Shown: positions 50,421 through 59,540 of the stretch, piece after piece
Numbering within the stretch: position 1 is the first letter of the stretch
Layout of the letters: every line of letters starts with the position of its first letter
NCBI GenBank assembly: GCA_976226885.1
Contig: OZ320316.1
Span: forward strand, 89,032,001-89,096,000
Reading direction: 5' to 3'
DNA length: 64,000 nucleotides
Origin: Iphione sp. A-MEVVRFRX5
Taxonomy: Eukaryota
The notes under the pieces: generated by a model
Database searches by the model: none
What the model saw: the letters and a program-made list of their open reading frames with translations, nothing else
Told to the model about the DNA's origin: nothing
Made by a program: the position numbers and the translations under genes

Positions 50421-52009
50421 CCTGGAATATCAATATCATCCCTGAAAACAAGATGACACTTTTTCCCAACTGGAGCGCTGTGCTTCCTGTTACATTTTGA
50501 ACAATATCGACAAACAATGGCAGGCTAACCAAGCACTCAGCCAACACATCTTGATGCTTAAGAAATTCCAATCTGAATGACGGTTGATACATCCAAGCAG
50601 TGCAACATATACAGGACGTCACAGGGTTGTCTAGACGAGTGCATACAACAGGCATCGTCATCATAATAATATCCCAATAAACCCCTTATATAGTATAAAT
50701 ATGTGGTTATTATACTGCTATTTACCTTTAGAACATGTATAACATTGCCGCTTACAAAACACAGCATTATTGTAGATGTCTATTATGCAATAGAAAATCT
50801 GATATTGTCTAAAGTAAAAGATAAGTATTAGTTCAAAATTGTTAAGCTGTGTGATAAGCTATAGTACTAGTTTTCTTTTTACCTCTATCTGCAAAAGCAG
50901 AAAAGGAATAATTAATTAGCAAAAGAGGAAATGGGATAATCTATCGGTATGAACTTTATACTACATGTACTTGCTCTGCCTTAAAAATTATATGTGAACC
51001 CCTGAGCTAGACTCTACCAGGCAACTCCCATTCCTTTGGTGGGGTTGACCGGACTTTAGAGTCACTATATCACTAGGAATACTGCCAAACTAAATACGCC
51101 AGATCCATCCATTTGAGGGGCAGCTGCTGATGCCTTTAGCTGTAGCATGCCGCTGTCTCTGTAGCAACACTCTATAAACAGTGAGTTGCAGATTTACGTG
51201 CCAGTAGTTTTCTACTTTGCTATGAAATACTTTGATTAAAATACCAGATAAATACATACATGGAAGGAGAAGTTGTTGGATTATATGGGGCCGTTGTCGC
51301 ATGGTGCTCAACGGGACATCGGGAGCCAAGTCACCTCGGGGGCGGGGTATGTTTCAACACTAGCCTAGCCATGGCCCTAATCATAGCTCCACCCGCGCTG
51401 ACTACCTGGGTGTGGTCCAAGCAGTCTGGTGCACACACATTGTGACGAGATCAATACATACAGTGCTCCCTGCAGCCCTTTATCACCTCCTGTCGGGCCT
51501 GCCTTTCCAAACCTTTCATACTGGCCTTGGTAGCACGTCCAATCCACTGACTCCTAGGTTATGCACCCGAAAGGGTAGGGTCTGACAAATAAAACATTGT
51601 GGGTGTATCCAGAGTAATCATGGGTGTGTCTAGTTAGGCTAGTTTATTAAAGTGGTTCCAAAGTTCCTATCAAAGGGTTTTAAATATCGAATAAAAAAAC
51701 GAACTGCCCCAGAGATCTAAATAAAACCTCTAGACAAAGATGTTAGGTAAGTCGTTTGTTATAAGGATGTTTTTCTTGTACGAAGAATAGACACTGTTAC
51801 ATCAGTATTTTGGTCATGCTCGTGTCAAGTTCAGAAAACCATACATCACAGAAAACGGCAGCAAATAATATAAAAGGACAAAGGGTATTGATATACCTTA
51901 ACATGGTAGACTGCACAAAGTGTGGATTTCGGGGAGGAGGGGTTTCTTTGTGGAAGGGACTATGGATGTTTTGAGCTGCATCAGAGAACTCTCTTCGTGT
52001 TGCAAATTT

Positions 52010-52110
52010 CAGAGAGTATAGAGCGGCATGCTGTTTTTTTTCATGGAGGTATAATCTTTGCACAGAGTATAGCACGGCATGTTGTGTTTTGCATGGAGTT
52101 ATAACCTTTG
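52010..52110. repeat. Short tandem duplication, 2 x ~50 bp
   Basis: AGAGTATAG..CGGCATG.TGT.TTTT..CATGGAG.TATAA.CTTTG occurs twice. Confidence 0.8.
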
Positions 52111-53904
52111 GGTCGACATAACTGTTGATCATTAGATATTAGTATTTTACAGGAAAAATCTACACAGCCTTAGAAGGGAATACTAGTTGCACACGCCATA
52201 CTTCCTAAACTTAAAAAAGGATTTCAGAATATTAATGTATCCTAGTATGATCTACGTTAGTGTTAAACCTTGTAATTATGCTTAGGTTGAAAGAATGGCT
52301 CTCTCATATGTGCTCATCTCGCGCGTGCATATCTAGACTGCATCTAATTTCAGCAGAGGGCGTAAAATCCGAATATACATTCTCTCTGTATATATACAAC
52401 AATGGCTTTCTCTTCGACATAGACAGAAACGGTAGTTGAAAGGTAATACACGGACGGCAAACAAGCTCATATCCTCTGTGTATAGCCACCGCCAGTCGGG
52501 CTGTCCTCCACGACGGGCCCTTCAGTGATACTGTGGTCTGCTTAGATGCGACACAGCAATCCATCACTGGTCACTAGCAGCTGGCTGACTAGGCCTCCAC
52601 AAATTCTCTCCAACAGTTCAGGAGGCTGCACCTGACTGATCAATAATGGAATCAATCGTGCATTTTTAACGAAGGGGAATAGGTTTACATGTCAACCACA
52701 ACTATATTGTTCATATTTCTTCTGGGTAGCCAGGTATCCAATTCGCTGAGAAAAGGACTCGTGGAGGAATTCTTGCAATCTTATAATGCAGATGTGGCGG
52801 GCCTAATCTATGAACCGCCTCGAAAGCAGAAGCACCAGAAACACATTTACGGATGGTTATCGGCTCCTCTTCGGTGGGGAATTTCCCCGGGGATAACTAC
52901 GCGGACCATGTGGACTTTTGACGACTGCCGCTGCTTGCAACTATACGCTATAGCCTTCCCTGGAGAAGGAAAGAACTATCCGTCTTGGTGTTTACATGGA
53001 ATATGCAATGTCAGTAGCAGCTCTGATTCTATTGTCACATAATGCGATGGGGGCTGTCTCGGGTAGTGGTAGCATGGAAAATCTGTCAGTACACATTGTA
53101 TTTTACTATTCGATACTGGGGTATATATGGAACGACTTTAGATAAGAAACCAACTTCTATAATTGTGAAAATTTTATTAGTCTGTCATAGTTGAATGATT
53201 AAAATTAATGAGATTCCTAATACATTTATTGCGCTGCCTAGAAATCAGATTTAGTTTCGAAATGCAAATGTGTTTTATATGTATTCAATGGGCCCTTCGT
53301 TGAGGAATTTCTCGGTAGACTTCATGATAGTTTCGCTCATCAGGAAGTGCTGCATGAGTAGCTGAATCCGACAAGCACACCGATACCACGTAGTTGTTAA
53401 TCTGATAACAATGGCATGAAACCCATCAGAGATGTGTTTAACGTACGTGGAATAAACAGTGCAGTGCCTTAGTGCAGCATGGCTAGCACACCTACTTAAC
53501 ATGCAAGCAGCATTTAGCATGTGTTATACAAAAAGCATTCCTCTATGGAATGTGAACTTGTTGAAATTTATAAGCTGCAGAAATGGCCCCTTTTGCATAA
53601 CTAGACTAAGTCAATATAGTATACATCCATAGGTCATACTGGGAAGTTCGCATTGAGTTATTTTTCCGTGTTGATCTACCCCTATAGAGAGCACCCTGTT
53701 TTCCTTATGGGTATAGCCTTTTGAGGAGGGGAATATTATGCCTGCCGGGAAAAGGAGGGTCAGGGTCTGGATATCAAAGATATTCCTTTATACCTATGTC
53801 AGGCGGCAAAAGGGAACCTGCAGTGGTTTTAATAATTTCAGTCTAAGGCACTGTGGGATTAATGTGAAATTCCAGCCAAAGGCACAAAAAAGATTCCAGC
53901 CATT

Positions 53905-54102
53905 ATGGTGAAACTAGTTAGACAAACGAAGCACACGGAAATAATGAAAAGCAAGAAAAAACTTATTGGAAAAAAGATCTGGATCAACCCTGACTTGAAG
54001 CCAAAAGAAAGAATGGAACAATACCAGCTGAGAAAAACAGTGCGAATGTTAAAAGAGCACTGTCCAGATCTGGAGTTCTCCCTGAAACGACCAACATTGT
54101 AA
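53905..54102 (+). CDS. LINE ORF1 C-terminal-domain remnant; continues into the NADAR frame after a -1 shift
   Basis: IPAIMVKL...KKKLIGKKIWINPDLKPKERMEQYQLRK resembles the PrpIiVkf...iyInEDLT..er motif of L1-type/Tnp22-like ORF1 proteins. The frame is open from 53863. Confidence 0.65.
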   Translation: MVKLVRQTKHTEIMKSKKKLIGKKIWINPDLKPKERMEQYQLRKTVRMLKEHCPDLEFSLKRPTL

Positions 54103-54173
54103 TTGGTGACAGGGTTTATAAACCAGTCAAGTTTGACAATATACCAGAACTATCCGACTATACTGAATCAACA

Positions 54174-54770
54174 GTGCCGACAAATACCCCATCGCTTGAT
54201 CCCACGAAGAAACCAAAGTGGAAAGACAAATTACCTGGAGCAAAGAGGAAAGTAATGCCTGCAGATAAAAAGGATGTTATCCGATTCAGTGGAAGTTCAA
54301 ACCTATTTGAAGCCCCTTTCTCGTGGGATGAGAACCAATTCCTTCATGTGGAACAAGCATACACGTACGCGAAATGCCTTGCGGCAAATGTACAATCAAA
54401 GCTTGCAAAATCGCTCCACACCACTAAGTATAAGGAATTGAAACAAATTAGGGATGATCTACCTGATATCCCAGACTGGGATAGACTCAGAAAGGAGGTA
54501 ATGCAAGACCTGCTATGGAACAAGTTTACTCAACATCCCAATCTGAGACAAAAGCTACTGGAGACAGGTAAAGCCGGGTTGGTTGAGGGCTCAATGCACT
54601 TGTTTTGGGGTGCAGGAGTGCCTTGTAACTCAAAACTAATCAGTAGAGGACACTACCCAGGCGAGAACTGGATGGGAAAATTACTCGAGATGACTCGATG
54701 TGACCTCTTGAATGACCGTGATGTGAATGAAGGTGGACAAGTAACTGAACTTTCCGAACATGCCCAGTGA
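54174..54770 (+). CDS. NADAR (YbiA/RibX-like) domain protein
   Basis: SNLFEAPF, VEQAYTYAK, WDRLRKEVMQDLLWNKFTQHPNLRQKLLETG, LVEG, FWGAG and GENWMGKLLEMTR match the NADAR family pattern along its full length. The frame is open from 53994. Confidence 0.92.
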   Translation: MPTNTPSLDPTKKPKWKDKLPGAKRKVMPADKKDVIRFSGSSNLFEAPFSWDENQFLHVEQAYTYAKCLAANVQSKLAKSLHTTKYKELKQIRDDLPDIPDWDRLRKEVMQDLLWNKFTQHPNLRQKLLETGKAGLVEGSMHLFWGAGVPCNSKLISRGHYPGENWMGKLLEMTRCDLLNDRDVNEGGQVTELSEHAQ

Positions 54771-54861
54771 GAGTGTGACTGTAGTCACACGTGGATATAG
54801 GATATCTGACGTTCTACGCGAATAACTTGTTGGTCTGGCTACCACACTGTATCAGAGGAAA

Positions 54862-55509
54862 ATGTCGCTACTACCTTTTATTTACGTATTCACCAGTAGC
54901 CATGGTCGAGGAATGCAGCGTTTGTTCAATGACAAAGGATGGCCCATCCACGTGAGATTTTATCCAGGATGTACAATTGAACAGCTGGTAGAGCATATTG
55001 TACGAGGAAATTGGGATCCGTACCCCAGCATAATTATCATATTGTGTGGGGGTAACAATGTGACAAGGATGCTACGCTTCACAACGACTGATGGTAGGAG
55101 ATTACGCTATGTAGTTCCTCGTTACCATGCATCAATTAGCGCAGTGGAACAACTGGAAAGTCTCTACTGGGACGCTCGAACAAAGGTACAGATGAGATAT
55201 CCTTACAGTGTTATTATGCTTTCGACCATATTCAGCGTTGATTATGGGACAACTAATTATCATTTGAATGGATATCGTGGAGATATAAGGGCGGTGCAAC
55301 GTATCCAGGATATGATAAACCACACAGTGACATTGGTTAATCAGCGCATCACAATGATCAACCGTACCTTTGGTGTCCCCACCCCCTGGGCGAATGCGAT
55401 AATACATTCGCGCAATCATGGTATGTGGCGGCATCGCCTCTGTAGGTTGAGAGACGGGACACACCTTGCAGACCATTGGAAACGCAGAGTGGTAAAGAAA
55501 ATAATATGA
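54862..55509 (+). CDS. SGNH/GDSL-like esterase of the type found in CR1-group ORF1 proteins
   Basis: Block I-like YVFTSSHGRG, block II FYPGCTI, block III IIILCGGNNV and block V RDGTHL. Confidence 0.75.
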   Translation: MSLLPFIYVFTSSHGRGMQRLFNDKGWPIHVRFYPGCTIEQLVEHIVRGNWDPYPSIIIILCGGNNVTRMLRFTTTDGRRLRYVVPRYHASISAVEQLESLYWDARTKVQMRYPYSVIMLSTIFSVDYGTTNYHLNGYRGDIRAVQRIQDMINHTVTLVNQRITMINRTFGVPTPWANAIIHSRNHGMWRHRLCRLRDGTHLADHWKRRVVKKII

Positions 55510-55562
55510 GCGCTAGAAAAACTGATATACGGTAGTGGTTGGTAAACCTACTTATATGGAAT

Positions 55563-55849
55563 GGATGTTATCCTGTTACAATTACCTGTAGGTTATAGGT
55601 GGCTTGCTCTAGTAGCTCGTAAAAGTGAACACAATTTCTCTGGGCAACCATCTAGAACGAACCGCTATTTTGTTGATATGTACTTGACCGTAAAGGATGT
55701 TTATCCTCAAAATATATTGAGTTGATTTAATAGTCATCAAATGCGATATAGTATTGGAATGGATGTTTATCCACCGAAAATTATTGCGTTGAAATAGTAC
55801 TCTATTGTTTAATAAGGATACTATGTCATAGAAGTATGGATGTTTATCC
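55563..55849 (+). repeat. Array 1 of spaced short palindromes GGATGTT(T)ATCC (4 copies)
   Basis: Copies at 55563, 55695, 55761 and 55838, separated by unique sequence. Confidence 0.9.
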
Positions 55850-56229
55850 AATGACTCGCAGAAAATTGACTGTATAAGTAAAACTAGACATTAGGATATT
55901 CAAATTGTTATATTGAGTTCGTTCTCGTAAGTATTACGGTTGGAGGAATAATTTTGCATTACAAAATCTAACATGGCACTGTTGTTCCAATATACATTAT
56001 TTAAAAATTATATGTTGCATTAGTTACACACTAAACGTTCTTGATAAAGTGATGTTGTGAGTTTATTATATCTTTATATGTAGAAAACGTATACCGACCT
56101 CTCCACCTTACAGGCGTCTCATCAAGGGTATTCAGTCATCTTTATATATATTTGTTCACTTACTAATATTATGAATATGTTTGATAATAACAGAAACTAT
56201 ATAACTAATTTAAATAATGAACTTATATT

Positions 56230-59172
56230 TTGTATAGGATTACTTCTATTATCATACTACTATTACTTACATATGGTTGTACTGAGATCTATTTCAGAGA
56301 TGTACTACACCGTAAATGGCATGGAGTGGCTGACAAGAAATATGACAGTGAATTCTTTCTATCTGAAGCAATGGTGGTATTAAATGGTTGGATGGGCATA
56401 TATCATATCAACATTAGGAGTCTGAAAGGTAAGATTCCGGAATTTGAATTATTATTTCATAAACTGGACCCTGACTGTTTGATATTAAGTGAAACATGGC
56501 TAAGCACTGATTTCAGCACGCAGTTAATTGACAGACCACATTATAATATATTCCGATTAGATAGGACATACAGTCGGGGTGGAGGGATCATGATTTTTGC
56601 CCGAAATCAATATGGCATTAGTAGTCGTTGTATTGACAAATACACATTATCCGCTCCAGACCTAGAGATATGTACCATAAAAATTCGAATTAACAGTACA
56701 TTGTCATTTAATGTTCTTGCCTGCTATCGACCTCCAAGTGGTAGCATCAGAGGGGCAATTCATACCTTACAAAATATTCTGGATGCTATACATGAAGAGA
56801 GCTGTACTAACATAATTATTATGGGGGATCTAAATATAGACTGGGCTACTAAAAATTCGCCTCACAACGGGCTAAATAATCTCTGTATGGAATTCTCACT
56901 GTCTCAAAAAGTAAACGACTTTACGAGAGTAACTAAACACTCTAGGAGTACTATTGATTTATGTTTTTCAAACATGTTGAAACTAGAGAAATGTAACGTG
57001 CTTGATGTCGATATAAGTGATCATAGAGCTCTAGAGGCGTTACTTAGACTACACACTGAAGTACAGAGGGATAAGGAGCGTAAATTTTTTCGAAGCTATG
57101 CTACCATTGACTATATCAGATTGAATCAATATGTAATGGGATTGGACTGGAGGGACTTGTATCAAGAGAGTAATATAGAAATGAAATGGAACATGGTACT
57201 GAAAAGAATAGAGGGAATAATAAATGAGCTATGCCCACTAAAATCGTGCCTTATCAGGAAAAGTTCTCCGAGTTGGGTAACTGGTGAATTTTTAGATATT
57301 GTACGACGTAAGCACAAGGCACATAGGGACTATCTTCGGAGTGGCAGTGCAGAAGATAAATTAGTAAGTAATATTCTGAGATACCAAGTAAGGAAGATGG
57401 GAAACACCTTAAAAAAACAAAAAATCATTGAAAGGTTAGATGCTTCTAAACAAGATCCCTATAAATTTTGGCGAAATTTAAAGTTGGACCTGGGACTAGA
57501 CAAGAAGGATAGGCCAAACAAAGATAATGAGGGGAATGATGAAAAAGTTGCTAATATGCTCAATGAACATTTTTCAAGTGTTGGCGGCAAAATTGCAAAT
57601 CAATTGATAAATTACGCCTTCCGTTATACAGGTATTACCTCGGCAGCACATTATATTTTACGACCCATAAGCCTACTGGAGATAATTGAACACATATTCA
57701 AATTGCCCAACAGAAAGGCTAGTTTAATGTTAAACCTGCCGAATTATATTTGGAAGGAGATATTTATAATCATCAGCAGAGAGCTTGAACATATAATGAA
57801 TTACAGCTTAGAAAATGCTATTATCCCATTAAGCTGGAAACTTGCAATGGTGACTCCACTCCATAAGGGAGGGGACAAAACTAATCCAAGCAACTTCAGA
57901 CCTATAAGCCAACTACCACTGGTGATCAAATTAATGGAAAAGATCCTATACAATAGGATTATGACATATCTTGAGAAAAACAAATTAATCACACAATGTC
58001 AACATGGGTTCAGAAATGGTAAAGGAACTGATACTGCTATATATGCACTACTTGAATATGTCTATGATGGGATAAATGCCAGTAAACATATTGCACTGGG
58101 CTTTATAGATTTCTCAAAGGCATTCGACTCCGTGTCGCATGGTATTATTCTAGACAAACTAGCCAGACTCGGTTTTGCTGATTTAATACCCTGGATCAGA
58201 TGTTATCTGACCAACCGTTACCAGATTACGGTAATAAATAATCATAAGTCAAGAAAATTACCCATTACATGTGGGGTGCCGCAGGGATCCATCATGGGTC
58301 CCCTGCTGTTCATGATCTTCATCAATGACTTGCCACATTGCTTACAGAGGTGTAGATGTCTGATGTATGCCGATGATGTGGCAATAATCAGCATTGGCGA
58401 TGATCATGATTCATGTAGGGCCCAGCTACAAACTGATATGGGCAATATACTCGAATGGGCAAATAATAACAAAATATTAATTAACACTGCTAAGACCAAA
58501 TGTCTACAGTACGCAATCAAGAAAAATAACCCAAAATTATCAATTCAGCTAGGTAACAGTATGATTGAAGAAGTGACAGTATTTAGATACTTAGGCATCC
58601 AAATTGATTGCAAACTCAATTGGAAACCGTACATAAAAGATCTTCTGAGAAAGGGATACCCTAAATTGAGATATTTCAAATTTATAAGACGATTTCTTAA
58701 TAAAACTTACTCGGCTCGGGTAATGAAAACGATGATGTTACCTATAGTAGAATATGGGAACTTTGTGCTTGGTAATTTGGAGCATCACAATATCTCAAAA
58801 TTAATTAGCTTAAGGAGGAATTTCTATAGATGTGCATTACTACCCGGACCAATACCAACAAGAGAGGCCATTCAAAATGAAGTTCAAGGGAACGTTGACT
58901 CAACAATTTTAAGACTAGGGTATACTATGAACGTTGTTAACGTAAGAACAGGCAAGAAACATAACTATAATACAAGGCAGCTACGAAAAAGACCTATTAA
59001 CTTAGTCTGGCCAAAGAGGGAGTTATTCCGGAGAGCACCTAGGTATTCCTTCGAGAGGATCTGGCTCAGCCTGAGTGAAGTAGAATCACACTACTCTGAT
59101 ATACAGATGAGATCCCTATGGATACGGACTCTTGCCAATAGGAGGATTGTCTGTAATTTCTATGTTCCTTAA
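56230..59172 (+). CDS. LINE ORF2: apurinic-like endonuclease plus reverse transcriptase, intact (first in-frame ATG at 56371)
   Basis: EN: HINIRSL, LSETWL, RGGG, CYRPP, MGDLNID, TRVT..S.STIDLCF, SDH. RT: NFRPISQL, QHGFR, DFSKAFDSV, GVPQGSIMGPLLF, YADD, YLG. C-terminal MKTMMLPIVEYG is CR1/L2-like. No stops over 980 codons. Confidence 0.97.
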   Translation: MYRITSIIILLLLTYGCTEIYFRDVLHRKWHGVADKKYDSEFFLSEAMVVLNGWMGIYHINIRSLKGKIPEFELLFHKLDPDCLILSETWLSTDFSTQLIDRPHYNIFRLDRTYSRGGGIMIFARNQYGISSRCIDKYTLSAPDLEICTIKIRINSTLSFNVLACYRPPSGSIRGAIHTLQNILDAIHEESCTNIIIMGDLNIDWATKNSPHNGLNNLCMEFSLSQKVNDFTRVTKHSRSTIDLCFSNMLKLEKCNVLDVDISDHRALEALLRLHTEVQRDKERKFFRSYATIDYIRLNQYVMGLDWRDLYQESNIEMKWNMVLKRIEGIINELCPLKSCLIRKSSPSWVTGEFLDIVRRKHKAHRDYLRSGSAEDKLVSNILRYQVRKMGNTLKKQKIIERLDASKQDPYKFWRNLKLDLGLDKKDRPNKDNEGNDEKVANMLNEHFSSVGGKIANQLINYAFRYTGITSAAHYILRPISLLEIIEHIFKLPNRKASLMLNLPNYIWKEIFIIISRELEHIMNYSLENAIIPLSWKLAMVTPLHKGGDKTNPSNFRPISQLPLVIKLMEKILYNRIMTYLEKNKLITQCQHGFRNGKGTDTAIYALLEYVYDGINASKHIALGFIDFSKAFDSVSHGIILDKLARLGFADLIPWIRCYLTNRYQITVINNHKSRKLPITCGVPQGSIMGPLLFMIFINDLPHCLQRCRCLMYADDVAIISIGDDHDSCRAQLQTDMGNILEWANNNKILINTAKTKCLQYAIKKNNPKLSIQLGNSMIEEVTVFRYLGIQIDCKLNWKPYIKDLLRKGYPKLRYFKFIRRFLNKTYSARVMKTMMLPIVEYGNFVLGNLEHHNISKLISLRRNFYRCALLPGPIPTREAIQNEVQGNVDSTILRLGYTMNVVNVRTGKKHNYNTRQLRKRPINLVWPKRELFRRAPRYSFERIWLSLSEVESHYSDIQMRSLWIRTLANRRIVCNFYVP

Positions 59173-59296
59173 GTGACTAGTAGTAAGTAAAACTAGCCTA
59201 TAGACATAGTAAGCTCAATACTGTGGGGCATGAAATGAAACACAGTTGAATTTTCACCTAGCTATACCCCATCATACTCAAAATTGTAGGTAGAAT

Positions 59297-59540
59297 GGAT
59301 GTTATCCAAAATAAATTGCAGACTATCATGCGTACGTTGAAGTAATGGGAGGGGTGTGATCCCTCTGGTTAAAAGTCGTTTAAAATGTATTTCCAACATT
59401 GGTAAAGTGGAAAGGATGTTATCCAGTGGACGGACAATACATTAATAACTTAGTAAGTCTTTAAAGATAGCAAAGTTATACAGGGAGGGGTGTTATCCCT
59501 CGAACTATAATGTATTGATTATTAGGTATGGATGTTATCC
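59297..59540 (+). repeat. Array 2 of spaced short palindromes in the LINE 3' UTR (5 copies)
   Basis: GGATGTTATCC at 59297, 59414 and 59530. Variants GGGTGTGATCC at 59352 and GGGTGTTATCC at 59488, both within GAGGGGT-NNN-ATCCCTC. Confidence 0.9.

Larger units (their letters stand above)
45841..50697 (-). mobile_element. Ngaro-type (DIRS order) tyrosine-recombinase retrotransposon, full-length but decayed
   Basis: Minus-strand order A1(50697-50560)-gag-RT/RNaseH-YR-B1(46092-46043)-A2(46043-45906)-B2(45890-45841). A copies are 138 bp, B copies 50 bp. This is the split-direct-repeat layout known for Ngaro. Confidence 0.9.

Noticed and set aside
56205-56225. U UUA AAU slippery site linking uORF 56171 to ORF2
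   Set aside because: A -1 shift there runs straight into TAA TGA.
56230-56370. 2A-like ribosome-skipping peptide at the ORF2 N-terminus
   Set aside because: No DxExNPGP motif is present.
55563-59540. CRISPR array interpretation of the spaced palindromes
   Set aside because: Repeats are only 11-12 nt, spacing is irregular, there are no cas genes, and the context is a eukaryotic LINE. Reported as hairpin arrays instead.
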